Below the pieces are notes generated by a model. It was given only the letters and a program-made list of their open reading frames with translations, did not search any database and was not told the origin of the DNA. DNA of 64,000 nt from an uncultured Thermodesulfobacteriota bacterium (GTDB lineage: Bacteria; Desulfobacterota; BSN033; WVXP01): positions 4,911-68,910 of the forward strand of contig CAYFYO010000002.1 in NCBI GenBank assembly GCA_964347335.1, read 5' to 3'. How positions within the stretch are numbered: position 1 is the stretch's first letter; each line of letters begins with the position of its first letter. This document shows positions 46,298 to 56,839 of the stretch, piece after piece. A program made the position numbers and the translations under genes.

Positions 46298-47514
46298 AGG
46301 AGTCTCTGGGTGAGGAGAGGAGGTGTCATGGCCGTCGTAATGAAAACCATCATGATGATAGCCGCATAAAGGGTCGGATCCAGAAGGGGCACACCTGCAA
46401 TCTTAAGCCCGGCACCGAGGCCAGCAAATATTAATCCCACCTCACCTCGAGGAACCATCCCAAGGGCAACAGCCCACCGATCTGGCGCCTCTTTCCCTCG
46501 GATAACCCCTGCCGCGCAGGCCATCTTTCCGGCCACTGCCGCTGTGGAAAGCACGAGACCTAACACCATAGCCTTGACCGAAAATAGGGCCCCGAGATCG
46601 ACCTGCATGCCCATGTGAAGAAAGAATATGGGCACAAAGAGTGTCGAGAGGGGGGTGAGGAGATGTTCCAGGCTGTCCTTCTCCAGTCTGAAGAACCGGG
46701 AATGCTCGGGTTCTAGAATAAGACCAGCAGAAAAAGCACCGACAATCGGCGCGAGTCCGAATTTGTGAGCAAGAAAAGCAAAGGCAAAACACAGCGTCAA
46801 GGACAGGGTGAGTAGCATCCCTCTCATTTGCAAACCCGCCGCCCAACGGTATAAGCGCTTGCTGAAGAGCACTCCGAGAATCGTCCCGACGATCAAGAAA
46901 CCAAAAGCTTTTGAGAGTATCACCAGCACCTTTCCCATGATCGATGTTGAGCCGGTTGAATCCGAAGAACCGATCATGGCGACGACAACGGCCAGAATGA
47001 TCAGACCAAGAACGTCATCCACCACAGCAGCCCCGAGAATTGTTCTCCCTTCCGAACTCTGTATGCTATCCAGATCCTTCAACACCCTGGCACTGATTCC
47101 CACACTCGTCGCACAGAGGGTGGCTCCCAGAAAGATATCTACCCAGAGTGAAAAATCGGGGAAAAACAGCCTTACCGTCCCAAAACCCACGACAAATGGC
47201 GTAATCACACCGAGGAGCGCCACAAGCAGTGCACTTCTCCCTACACGCATCAAGTCCGGAACGGTGCTCTCCACCCCCACCTCAAACATCAGCAGGATGA
47301 CACCCAGTTCAGCCAGTGTGGCGAGACTGGGATCGTGCTGAATCCCCTCGAAGAAACCGATCCCAACAAGCGTCAAGTTGCCCAGAATCACCCCGGCGCA
47401 GAGTTCTCCCAGCACGACCGGCAGGCGAACCGTTCGCGCCGCGAGCCCGCCGAGCTTGGCAGCTGTGAGGACCAAGGAGAGTTCAAAAAGAAGGACGACA
47501 AATGAATGCGGCAT
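46273..47514 (-). CDS. cation:proton antiporter (CPA2 / Na+/H+ exchanger family)
   Basis: 413 aa polytopic protein with Na_H_Exchanger-like sequence. Its last codon and TGA stop lie within the right IR of the RAYT element. Confidence 0.75.
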   Translation of the reverse strand: MPHSFVVLLFELSLVLTAAKLGGLAARTVRLPVVLGELCAGVILGNLTLVGIGFFEGIQHDPSLATLAELGVILLMFEVGVESTVPDLMRVGRSALLVALLGVITPFVVGFGTVRLFFPDFSLWVDIFLGATLCATSVGISARVLKDLDSIQSSEGRTILGAAVVDDVLGLIILAVVVAMIGSSDSTGSTSIMGKVLVILSKAFGFLIVGTILGVLFSKRLYRWAAGLQMRGMLLTLSLTLCFAFAFLAHKFGLAPIVGAFSAGLILEPEHSRFFRLEKDSLEHLLTPLSTLFVPIFFLHMGMQVDLGALFSVKAMVLGLVLSTAAVAGKMACAAGVIRGKEAPDRWAVALGMVPRGEVGLIFAGLGAGLKIAGVPLLDPTLYAAIIMMVFITTAMTPPLLTQRLLKRGQVCS

Positions 47515-47722
47515 GGCACTTCTGCTGTCGGCTATCGGCAGTCAGCTTCCAGACCCTTGATGAACGATACGGACATGGGTCTTGCCCTGTGAAGTCCACT
47601 CTACAAAAAGCGATCTGAAAATCCTACGATCTTAGACCATTCTACTTATAGAAGGCCTGGTCTCTTGTCAATCCCTTTGTGATTTCAGCGGCGATCGGTG
47701 TCACCATCTTCTTTGCTTTACC

Positions 47723-47750
47723 TTGACATCAGATTCGTTCTCAGAATAAT
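47723..47750 (+). promoter_or_regulatory. candidate sigma70 promoter TTGACA-16-AATAAT immediately upstream of the DUF3047 gene (near-leaderless)
   Basis: TTGACA at 47723-47728. AATAAT at 47745-47750. The first ATG is at 47756 and a second at 47762. Confidence 0.35.
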
Positions 47751-47755
47751 AGAGA

Positions 47756-48550
47756 ATGATCATGAAAAAAACCGTCCTGAAAAAGCTCAATCTTCAATGG
47801 TTCCAGAGCGCCTCCCCGCTCTTTGTCTTTATTTGCCTCTTTATCCTTATCGGTTTTCTGAGACCTGCGCTCGGAAAGGAGAAAACAATCCTTCTTGGTT
47901 TCCGGCAGGGCGAGGATTCGGAATTCCCTCCTGAGGGATGGGAACTTCTCACCTATCCCGCGACGGCAGAGAACGAATTTTCTCTCACCCAGGAAGACGA
48001 GAGCATGGTCCTCCATGTCAAGAGCCTGGGGAGTGCATCTGGCCTTCTGAAAACGCTCAATGTCAACCTCGAGGAGTTTCCCCTTCTGGTCTGGAGATGG
48101 AAGATCAATCGAGTCGTCGGAATGGCGGTTGAGAATCAGAAAGATCGGAACGACAGCACGGCCAGGATCCGCGTGATTTTTGGAAAACGAGTCGAAAAAC
48201 CCCCACCCGTTTCACCACAAATCGAGGAACTCCTCAAGTCACTCGGTATCGAGAGCACTGCGAGAGAACCATCCGGATTCAAGATCGACTACATCTGGGG
48301 AAACCGCCTACCACTCGGTAAAGTCCTCGACTCTCCAAGCTCGCGGAATCACAAAATCGTGTTCGTTGAAACTGGTAACGAAATGGCCAACCGATGGATC
48401 TGGGAGGAAAGAAACCTCGTCGAAGATTACGAGCGGCTCTTCATGGCCGCGCCGCCGGGGCTTTCAGCAATCGTTGTCCTTACGGATACCGAGGACACCA
48501 ACGAGGGAGTGGAGGCATGGTACAGCAGTATCGTTCTCATGGGCGAGTAG
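47756..48550 (+). CDS. secreted DUF3047-like protein
   Basis: Signal peptide ...LFVFICLFILIGFLRPA. 264 aa. The family assignment is tentative. Confidence 0.55.
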   Translation: MIMKKTVLKKLNLQWFQSASPLFVFICLFILIGFLRPALGKEKTILLGFRQGEDSEFPPEGWELLTYPATAENEFSLTQEDESMVLHVKSLGSASGLLKTLNVNLEEFPLLVWRWKINRVVGMAVENQKDRNDSTARIRVIFGKRVEKPPPVSPQIEELLKSLGIESTAREPSGFKIDYIWGNRLPLGKVLDSPSSRNHKIVFVETGNEMANRWIWEERNLVEDYERLFMAAPPGLSAIVVLTDTEDTNEGVEAWYSSIVLMGE

Positions 48551-48566
48551 GACCGTTCCACCGTGC

Positions 48567-51548
48567 TTATTCGACTTGCGCAAGGGGACTCTGCCAGGCC
48601 TCTTTCAGGGATTGAATATAGGTCTGGACAATCGTCTTTCCCCCAAGACCCGTCAGTTCGAATCGATCATCCTGCCTCACTGTGCCGACAGGGGCATAGG
48701 CTTGCCCCGAGAATATCCTGTCGAAGGCGTCCCTGGCTTCGGGGCAAACGGTGACAACGAAGCGACTCTGAGATTCGGAGAAGAGAAGAAAATCGTCTCG
48801 TTCGACACCTTCTGTGGGGACCTTTCTCAGGTCTACCGTCATCCCTAAACCTCCTGAAAAAGCCACCTCTGCAAGGGTCACGGCAAGACCGCCGTCAGAA
48901 CAATCATGACACGAACCCACCAAACCCTCCTCAATGGCCCTGTGAAGGGCCCTGTAGAGGAGGACTGCTTTCTCGGGATCGACGATAGGAACTTGATTCC
49001 CCATGTGCCCTTTGCTCGCAAAATACTCAGACCCACCGAGCTCATTACGGGTCACCCCCAACACATAAACCAGGTCATTTGGGCTCTTGCAATCGGCCGT
49101 CACAGCCTTCCGGACATCGTCTATCTTCCCAATAATGGAAAAGAGAACCGTAGGAGGAATGGATATCTTCACTTCGCCGATTATGGTGTCGTTCTTCATG
49201 CTGTCTTTCCCGGAAATGAGGGGAATGCCGTAGGCAACCGTATAGTCGTAAAGGGCCTGGTTTGCCCGGACCAACTGGGCTAACTTATAATGACCGTCTG
49301 GCGTCTTTTCCGACTGGACTGGATCACACCAGCAGAAATTGTCCAAACCTGCCATCCGATCGGGCCGTCCACCCACAGAGAGTGCATTCCGAACCGCCTC
49401 ATCGATGGCGCACGCCATCATCCAATAGGTATCAATATCGCTATACCTCGGACAGATTCCATGGGAAACGACGACCCCCTCCATCGACCCCAAGACGGGG
49501 CGGAGGACAGCCGCGTCATTCGGACCGTCGCTCTCGACACCTCCGAGGGGCTTGATCACGCTCCCTCCCTGAACCTCATGATCATACTGCCGAATCACAC
49601 TCTCCTTACTGCAAACATTCCATCGGCCGAGGATCTCACTTAACGATGAGGTGAGGTCCTTGGGCTCTGAAAAAGCGGGCTCCGAGTGGACCGGACGGCT
49701 CCATCGCGCCTCGAGCTGCATTTTTGGGAGGCCCTCATGGAGAAAATCCATAGAGAGGAGACCAACAGTTTGACCCTGATAGAGAATATGAAAGCGACCG
49801 GTGTCGACGAATCTCCCGAGGACCGTGGATTCCACGTCCATCAGTCGAGAGAGCTCGAAAAACTCATCGATTTTTTCCGATGAGACAGCCAAGGTCATCC
49901 GCTCTTGTGCCTCGGAAAGCAGGATCTCCCACGGATCAAGCCCTGAGTACTTCAACGGGGCTTTATCCAGATGGAGTTCGCACCCGATATGACGTCCGGT
50001 CTCTCCCACCGAACTCGAAAGCCCCCCTGCTCCGTTGTCGGTGATGGCCTTATAGAGGCCCCGATCTCTCGCGATGAGAAGGAAATCGGTCATCTTTTTC
50101 TGTGTGATGGGATCTCCAATCTGGACGGCCGCTGTGGGAGATTGCTCGTGGAGTTCCTCCGAGGAGAAAGTGGCTCCATGGATCCCATCTTTTCCAATTC
50201 GTCCTCCAACCATGACAATAAGATCTCCTGGATCGACCCGCTTGATGTGGCTCTCCTCTCCCAGGATCCTCCGGGGAATAATGCCACCCGTGCCGCAGAA
50301 GACGAGTGGCTTTCCCGCAAATCGATCATCAAAGACGATGCTGCCGTTGACTGTCGGAATCCCGCTTTTGTTCCCTCCATGCTCAACGCCCTCCCGTACA
50401 CCTTCGAAAACTCTCCGAGGGTGGAAGAGTCTGGGGGGGAGGGACCCCTGATAGTCTGGCGGTGCGAAACAGAACACATCGGTATTGAAGATGAGCCTCG
50501 CCCCCTTCCCAGTTCCGAAGGGGTCCCGATTGACCCCAACGATTCCGGTAAGGGCACCACCGTAAGGATCCAGAGCCGATGGGGTGTTGTGGGTTTCCAC
50601 TTTGAAGACTAGGCTGTAATCCCGGTTGAATTCCACCACACCTGCGTTGTCGTGGAAGACCGAAAGGCACCAGTCTGCCGGTCCAAGACGTTCCCTGATG
50701 CTTTCCGTGGCTCCCTTGACAAAGGTTTCGAATAGGCTATCGATCGTTGTTTTCTGACCCGCGTCGTCCCAATAATCGATCAATGCATTGAATATTTTGT
50801 GCTTACAGTGTTCAGACCAGGTCTGGGCCAAAGCCTCGATTTCCACATCCGTGATCTGACCATCCAAAGCCTGAGCCGCTCGCTCTTTCCCCACCCGAGG
50901 GTCTCTCAGATACGCCTGAATCGCCTTCATCTCGGTGAGACTGAGTGCGAGAAGTCTCTGCCGGCTGATTTCCATAAGTGTATCATCGCCCACCTCGAGA
51001 CTGATTCGCTCGACTGCGTGTCGATCCGCCCCCTCGACCTTCGGAACAACCGGATGGAAGCGGTCGCCCCTCTCCCACATCTCACGATCCAAAATATCAA
51101 ACCTCTGAATGAGGGTGTTGCCGAGAAGTGCCGTTGCAATGCTTTCGACCTGCGCCCGCGAAATCTTCCCCGAGATGACGTACTGGGTAGAGGTATAAAC
51201 CTTTTCATTCTCGCCAAAGGACCTTCCCAATCGAAGCATTGCGGCCTCTGTAGCTGTCTTTCCTACATTGTCAGTCACCCCGGGTTTGAACCCCACCTCG
51301 ACCAGCCAGTCAAAGTCCAATGCCAGGGGAGCATCAATCTTGTATAGCTGGCTGACCGGGTCGAGATAGACATCAGAGGCCAGGGCTTCCAGTTCCTCTC
51401 TGGAGAGGCCGGAGTCGACGGTGTAAACATCTATCGTTCGCACGCGTTCGACAGGAAAGCGGAGATCCCGGCCGATCCTCTGCCGAATCCGTTCACCACG
51501 CGCGTCCACAAGATCTGGCTTCAACGCAATTTCAATCCGATGGGCCAT
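48567..51548 (-). CDS. purL: phosphoribosylformylglycinamidine synthase PurL with N-terminal PurS-like extension (993 aa)
   Basis: AIR-synthase-related duplicated domains with the WSEHCKHK.FN motif at about residue 245. About 200 extra N-terminal residues compared with small PurL. No glutaminase domain; purQ lies 47 kb away. Confidence 0.85.
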   Translation of the reverse strand: MAHRIEIALKPDLVDARGERIRQRIGRDLRFPVERVRTIDVYTVDSGLSREELEALASDVYLDPVSQLYKIDAPLALDFDWLVEVGFKPGVTDNVGKTATEAAMLRLGRSFGENEKVYTSTQYVISGKISRAQVESIATALLGNTLIQRFDILDREMWERGDRFHPVVPKVEGADRHAVERISLEVGDDTLMEISRQRLLALSLTEMKAIQAYLRDPRVGKERAAQALDGQITDVEIEALAQTWSEHCKHKIFNALIDYWDDAGQKTTIDSLFETFVKGATESIRERLGPADWCLSVFHDNAGVVEFNRDYSLVFKVETHNTPSALDPYGGALTGIVGVNRDPFGTGKGARLIFNTDVFCFAPPDYQGSLPPRLFHPRRVFEGVREGVEHGGNKSGIPTVNGSIVFDDRFAGKPLVFCGTGGIIPRRILGEESHIKRVDPGDLIVMVGGRIGKDGIHGATFSSEELHEQSPTAAVQIGDPITQKKMTDFLLIARDRGLYKAITDNGAGGLSSSVGETGRHIGCELHLDKAPLKYSGLDPWEILLSEAQERMTLAVSSEKIDEFFELSRLMDVESTVLGRFVDTGRFHILYQGQTVGLLSMDFLHEGLPKMQLEARWSRPVHSEPAFSEPKDLTSSLSEILGRWNVCSKESVIRQYDHEVQGGSVIKPLGGVESDGPNDAAVLRPVLGSMEGVVVSHGICPRYSDIDTYWMMACAIDEAVRNALSVGGRPDRMAGLDNFCWCDPVQSEKTPDGHYKLAQLVRANQALYDYTVAYGIPLISGKDSMKNDTIIGEVKISIPPTVLFSIIGKIDDVRKAVTADCKSPNDLVYVLGVTRNELGGSEYFASKGHMGNQVPIVDPEKAVLLYRALHRAIEEGLVGSCHDCSDGGLAVTLAEVAFSGGLGMTVDLRKVPTEGVERDDFLLFSESQSRFVVTVCPEARDAFDRIFSGQAYAPVGTVRQDDRFELTGLGGKTIVQTYIQSLKEAWQSPLAQVE

Positions 51549-51883
51549 GGAGGTCTCGATTGATCCGAAGTTTCACGAGGTCCCTTGAAAGGGCTACCCT
51601 TCCCTGTATAGAGGCTTTCTGCAGGGTGTCAGTTGTCGGTTGTCAGTTGTCATGAAGGAGTTTTTCGACCACGGATGAAATCCCCTCGCCCTGACCCTGA
51701 ATAGGTGGATGAATATCCGTGAGCAATGAATCATGTCCAAAGGACCCCCAACAACGACCCTGAGCTCCAGCTCCCGTTTTCCCGTTTCTCCGTGATCTCT
51801 CACATCCTACATTCAAGTCTTCGGGACCCTATGATAAGCAAAAAGAAACACATGATCAGTGAAGATTAGGGAGCTCACTGGGA

Positions 51884-53272
51884 CTATTGAGGCAGGATCT
51901 TACCCGGATTCAATATGCCGTTGGGATCCAGAAGGTCCTTGATCTTTTTCATCAGTTTGACTCCCTCCCCATGTTCCTGGACCATAAATCGTCTTTTCCC
52001 GATACCAACACCGTGCTCCCCAGTCGCCGTGCCACCCAGGGAGATGGCATAGGAAACGATCTCTTCATTCGCCCGATTCAGCCTTTCAGAAAACTCTTGG
52101 TCCTCCATGCGACCGACAATGTTGAGGTGAATATTTCCGTCCCCGGCATGGCCCAGGGCATAGGCTTTCAAATGATAGGAGGCCGCAATCCTTCTGGCCT
52201 CTTCGACCATGCTCGAATACTTTGACAGGGGTACCGCTGTATCCACAATCAAAATATCGAATCCCGGATTAGACCGCCGCACCGATTCGTATGCCTCGTG
52301 CCGGACCTCCCAGAGGCGATTCCGCTCTTCACGGCCCACGCCCGATTCAAAACCCATAGCCCCATGGTCTTCACAGATTTCCTTTGCCAGCCTGAGGTCT
52401 TCCTCCAAGCAGACATCACTGGATCCTGTGAATTCAAGAAAAAGGGTCGGCTTTTCTGCCAACCTCACCTTACCGTCTCGGTTAATGGCTCCAACGGTCG
52501 CAGCATCCAGCAGTTCCAGCGCCGCTGGTGTAAGTCCTGAACCCATGATTTCATAGACGGCATCAGTCGCATTCTTGACCGAACCAAAAGTCACGACAGC
52601 GGCGCTGAATTTTTCGGGGATCCCGGAAAGCCTCAAGGTGATTTCTGTCATGATTCCAAGGGTTCCTTCAGATCCGACTAACAGTCGAACAATGTCATAG
52701 CCTGATGAGGTTTTGTGGGAAAGAGAACCGGCGCGAAAAATCTCGCCTGTCGGAAGAACCACCATCAATCTCAGGACGTTGTCCCGGGTTGAACCATATT
52801 TGACTGTCCTTACGCCGCTCGCATTGTTGGCCACCATGCCTCCAATGGTGGCATTTGCTCCAGGATCTGGGGCGAAAAACAGACCCTGACGGGCCAGAAC
52901 CCGATTCATGTCTTTGTATTTCACCCCCGGCTGGACATCGACTTGAAAGTCATCGGCCCTCACGGCCAGGATTTGGTCCATCCGGTCGAAATCGAGGAGA
53001 ATGCCCCCCTCGACGGGAAGCGGGTTTCCCTCGAGACTCGTTCCCGACCCCCAGGGCGTGACCGGAATCATCCGCTCATTGGCCAGTTTCAGGATGGCAA
53101 CGACCTCTTCGGTTGAGTGGGGCCACACGACGACATCGGGTCGGTACCCCTTATGATAGGACTCATCTCGGGAATGGAGGTCGAGCACCGATTGCCCCGT
53201 CGAGACCCAATTCGGTCCCACAAGAGATTTCAACAACTCCAAGACTTCTTTGGTGACACGATTGAAACGCAT
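51884..53272 (-). CDS. FAD-linked oxidase (GlcD / D-lactate dehydrogenase family)
   Basis: FAD_binding_4 plus FAD-oxidase C-terminal domain sequence. 462 aa. Stop is TAG. Confidence 0.8.
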   Translation of the reverse strand: MRFNRVTKEVLELLKSLVGPNWVSTGQSVLDLHSRDESYHKGYRPDVVVWPHSTEEVVAILKLANERMIPVTPWGSGTSLEGNPLPVEGGILLDFDRMDQILAVRADDFQVDVQPGVKYKDMNRVLARQGLFFAPDPGANATIGGMVANNASGVRTVKYGSTRDNVLRLMVVLPTGEIFRAGSLSHKTSSGYDIVRLLVGSEGTLGIMTEITLRLSGIPEKFSAAVVTFGSVKNATDAVYEIMGSGLTPAALELLDAATVGAINRDGKVRLAEKPTLFLEFTGSSDVCLEEDLRLAKEICEDHGAMGFESGVGREERNRLWEVRHEAYESVRRSNPGFDILIVDTAVPLSKYSSMVEEARRIAASYHLKAYALGHAGDGNIHLNIVGRMEDQEFSERLNRANEEIVSYAISLGGTATGEHGVGIGKRRFMVQEHGEGVKLMKKIKDLLDPNGILNPGKILPQ

Positions 53273-53516
53273 TCATGTCCTCTTGTATGACAATTTCCTT
53301 ATAGAGTTATAAACTTAGCGCAGCCAATTTTGGTGAAGCGCCTTCGAATTAAATGATTCTTGGGGCCTTTCCACTGGACCACACACTAGGCATTTTTCAG
53401 GGGTGGAAAAAGTTTTGTTCCTATCATCCATCTGAGAAGGAATATCCCTTCTCGTTCACATGATACATTCTTTTTGACAACAAACAAGGGAATCAGTCCA
53501 CTGGAGGGCAAAAAAT

Positions 53517-55259
53517 TTATCTTTCCTCTTGTGCCATACGGTTATACAACTGGTAAACACTTTCTAGTTGTTGGTCTGTGACATCAAAAACGGTTTGCTT
53601 TGATGACAGGACCTCTTCCCTAAAGAAATCCGGTACTTTATCCACGCGCCTCAATCCCGCTTTTTCGTTGAACGAATATTCTCGAACCAAGGTCTCCACC
53701 CCTATCTGAATCATATCCGCTTTGGAAAAAACTTTTCCATATTTTGCAGTCAGGAAATCTGCGAAGATGTCCAGTGTCTCCAAGGTTGAACCGACGAAAA
53801 AACACACACCCGCCGCATCAATGGATGCCAACATAATCTGAAGCTCCCGAGAGATCACTTCTTGACCTTTCGGGTCCGCCGGTCCTACAACATAGGATGG
53901 ATCAAATCCCGGTCGTCCAGGCAGACAACTGCCCGCAGTATGGTCTGCTCCCATAGGGGACGTGCAGAAGGTTACTCCCATTCCCTTTAAGGCTCTCGGG
54001 TCAAATGCTGGCATTCCTTGACCCTTAACGGTTGGCACCCTGGTCTGACCAAAAACCCTTCCCACGGCCGCCGCTCCACTGCCCACCACTCGTCCCAGAA
54101 CTGTACCCTGCCCGATCTCTTGAACGACTTTGATAGCCCCCCCGCCGTCACCAAACGCCAAATATCCCGATTCCATCAATACACCTAACGCTCCCCCTGT
54201 TTCGATCGTATCAAGCCCAATGTCATCGCACAGCCTGTCCAACTGTGCGATGATATCCAGGTCGTTAACTCCCAGATTTGACCCCAGCATGACAATCGTT
54301 TCGTACTCCAAACTGGTTGTGAGGAACTTTCGTCGCTTATCCATGTAAACGTTGGAACAGGCGATGGTACACCCGGGCATACATGCATGAGTCGGTTTAC
54401 CCTCCCTTTCAATAATCAATTCATGAAGAGTTTCTCCGCTAATCTCATTCGCATGATTAAAACGTCCATCTCTAAAATTCCTCGTTGGGAGCCCACCCGC
54501 CTCATTGATAATGTTGATTGATACGGCGGTCCCATATTTGGAGAGGGCTGTCTTCGTCTCGGCCATTTTCTTCCCAAACTCCCTCGAGAGCTTTACAATC
54601 CTTTCCCTGTCCGAAAAAGATGGGGTAACCGTCTCGGTGGTGTCAAATACGATGGCCTTAATCCCTTTAGAGCCCATCACCGCACCACATCCCCCCCGTG
54701 CCGCATGATGTCCTGGCCTTCCGCTTGTGTCCATCGCGGCGATGCTCGCGGCACCCAATTTCATTTCCCCTGCCACGCCGATAGAAAGAATTCCACTTCT
54801 TTCCCCGAACCTCTCCCTCAGGTGTTGCACAACCTCGTAGTTCTTCATTCCCCACAACTTATCGGCTTTCTCAATTGTGAGTCCGCCTTTGGTGACTCTC
54901 AAAATATGTGCTTCTCTGGAAGTTGGCCTTCCTTCGATAATAATGGCCTTCGTACCAGCTGCGGCCATTCTCTGGCCAGCCGAACCACCAACATTGCTTT
55001 CCTTGATTCCCCCTGTTAAGAGGCTCTTGCACCCTATCGAAAGACGACCGTTGCAGCTGAACGGAATGCCGGCCATATATCCAGTTGCGATTACGAGCTT
55101 ATTCCTTTCCCCGAGAGGATGGCAAAGGGGATCCACCTCATCTGCCACAATCTTTGATGTTAAGGCTCGTCCACCTAGAAGCGTATCCTTCCCACTCTCC
55201 CAATTCTGCTCAATGACTTTCTCCTTACGCATATTTACACGATAGATCTTCTCCCTCAT
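53517..55259 (-). CDS. aldehyde:ferredoxin oxidoreductase (tungsten-containing AOR family)
   Basis: AOR N- and C-domain sequence. Start MREKIYRVNM at 55259 has GGGAGG 6 nt upstream. The ORF-track start is 81 nt further upstream without an RBS. Confidence 0.85.
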   Translation of the reverse strand: MREKIYRVNMRKEKVIEQNWESGKDTLLGGRALTSKIVADEVDPLCHPLGERNKLVIATGYMAGIPFSCNGRLSIGCKSLLTGGIKESNVGGSAGQRMAAAGTKAIIIEGRPTSREAHILRVTKGGLTIEKADKLWGMKNYEVVQHLRERFGERSGILSIGVAGEMKLGAASIAAMDTSGRPGHHAARGGCGAVMGSKGIKAIVFDTTETVTPSFSDRERIVKLSREFGKKMAETKTALSKYGTAVSINIINEAGGLPTRNFRDGRFNHANEISGETLHELIIEREGKPTHACMPGCTIACSNVYMDKRRKFLTTSLEYETIVMLGSNLGVNDLDIIAQLDRLCDDIGLDTIETGGALGVLMESGYLAFGDGGGAIKVVQEIGQGTVLGRVVGSGAAAVGRVFGQTRVPTVKGQGMPAFDPRALKGMGVTFCTSPMGADHTAGSCLPGRPGFDPSYVVGPADPKGQEVISRELQIMLASIDAAGVCFFVGSTLETLDIFADFLTAKYGKVFSKADMIQIGVETLVREYSFNEKAGLRRVDKVPDFFREEVLSSKQTVFDVTDQQLESVYQLYNRMAQEER

Positions 55260-55976
55260 TCTCGCCTCCCTCATGAGGCCATCGGTTTGGTTTCCTTCCT
55301 TCAAAGCAGACAAGTAGGCCTCAATTTCTTCATAAGTCAAAAATCATAATACTGGGTCACCATCTAAGTGAATTACGGGGTGACATTGATCTCAACTCGT
55401 CATCTGGGGCACGATCGCTTACTCTCCTAAACCGCCTCTATCCTGTGCGATACCATTCAAAAAGCCTTCGAGACGCATGATGTCCACGACGGACTTAGCT
55501 GAGTGAGTAATTTCTGTAACAGTCATAGCCATGTTTCGGAGCCTTAGGGTTTCCGTCCCGAATATCTAATTTCGTTCCCTTCATTTCTGGCATATCCCCA
55601 AAAAGATTCGAAGCATTTGGGATTTCAACTGGTCGCTAACTTTATTCCGGACCTTCCCAGGTCCCCCAAAACCTCTTCCAGAGCTGCCTTTGCTGGATCC
55701 GGTTCATCCCCCGTGTCTATATCGCTACGACCCAGTCTGAAGTTTGCGGCCGAATTGTTTTTTCCCGCGGATGCCCAGAGGAGTGCGGCTTACGTCGGCA
55801 AGATGAAACGATGATAGTCTGGTCTGTTTAAGACACGGAATTCACTATGATAGCGAGACCGCGAAGCAGCCGGTACCGAGAACACGACCTGACTCGTTGA
55901 ATTGAATGAATAGCACAATGGACACTGTTGATTCTCGATCCTCCTACTTTCGCAGAGACTTCCAGTCTTAATGGCA

Positions 55977-56828
55977 TCAAGGTTTCGCTCTCAATTCTAC
56001 AAAGGGCCGATAAGCTTCTGGGACTGATTGCCCCTTCCAATCCTTCATCATCTCCCGGTATTCATATAGTTTTGAAATGTCGATGGTTGCTATAGCTATT
56101 CCATCGCTAAATTCACCTGCATTGGCTAAAATCTCCCCCATCGGACTTATGATTCTACTGCCACCTAAAAAATACATATCTCCAGAAGGAGTATTCCTAA
56201 AATAACCCACGGGATTAGGAGCCACAATATAGATCATATTGCTCCATGCGGCAGCACAAAGCAGATACCGATGAGCGTCAACCCACTCACCAGAGCAAAT
56301 ATGGGGAGCAACTAATACTTCGCATCCCTTCTGAGTTGCTACCCATGGAGCAATAGGAACATCCAGGTCTACCGCTGCCAGAAGACCTATACTCCCGATG
56401 CCATCTGTCTTATAAACTGGGATCTCCTTGCCTCGTTCAAACTGAGCTTCCTCCCATATTCCGGGAACAGGGAAAATATGAACCTTTCGATACTTAGCCA
56501 AAACCTCTCCCGAAGGACCTATGAAAGGAAGAGTTGAATAGAACTTGTCCCCTTCCTTCTCTACCAAAGTCCCAGCAGCTACGTACATCTCATAGCGCAC
56601 AGCTATCTCCCCAAGGCGTTGAGTCGTAGGTCCTGGTATGGGTTCAGCATCTTTCTTTCTCCCATAGGCAGTCAAAAAATACTCCTGGAGCACGGCCAGT
56701 TTTGCCCCTTCCTCCCCAGCCTCGCTCAAAAGAGCTTCTGCCTTGGCCAGGTTCTTCCCCTTATCTTCGGGATCCCACTCGAATTGGATAGCCGCCACCT
56801 TATATCTTGGTCTCTCCATATCCTCCAC
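55977..56828 (-). CDS. carbon-nitrogen hydrolase (nitrilase/amidase superfamily)
   Basis: CN-hydrolase fold with E-K-C triad context (..YRKVH..., ..GICYD-like). 283 aa. Confidence 0.8.
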   Translation of the reverse strand: MEDMERPRYKVAAIQFEWDPEDKGKNLAKAEALLSEAGEEGAKLAVLQEYFLTAYGRKKDAEPIPGPTTQRLGEIAVRYEMYVAAGTLVEKEGDKFYSTLPFIGPSGEVLAKYRKVHIFPVPGIWEEAQFERGKEIPVYKTDGIGSIGLLAAVDLDVPIAPWVATQKGCEVLVAPHICSGEWVDAHRYLLCAAAWSNMIYIVAPNPVGYFRNTPSGDMYFLGGSRIISPMGEILANAGEFSDGIAIATIDISKLYEYREMMKDWKGQSVPEAYRPFVELRAKP

Positions 56829-56839
56829 CCCTCCTGAGA

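Noticed and set aside
55420-55531. 37-aa minus-strand ORF (MAMTVTEITHSAKSVVDIMRLEGFLNGIAQDRGGLGE) in the 636-bp leader region upstream of the AOR gene.
   Set aside because: It is short, has no convincing RBS and no family signal. The region may instead hold regulatory RNA structure, but nothing definite was seen.
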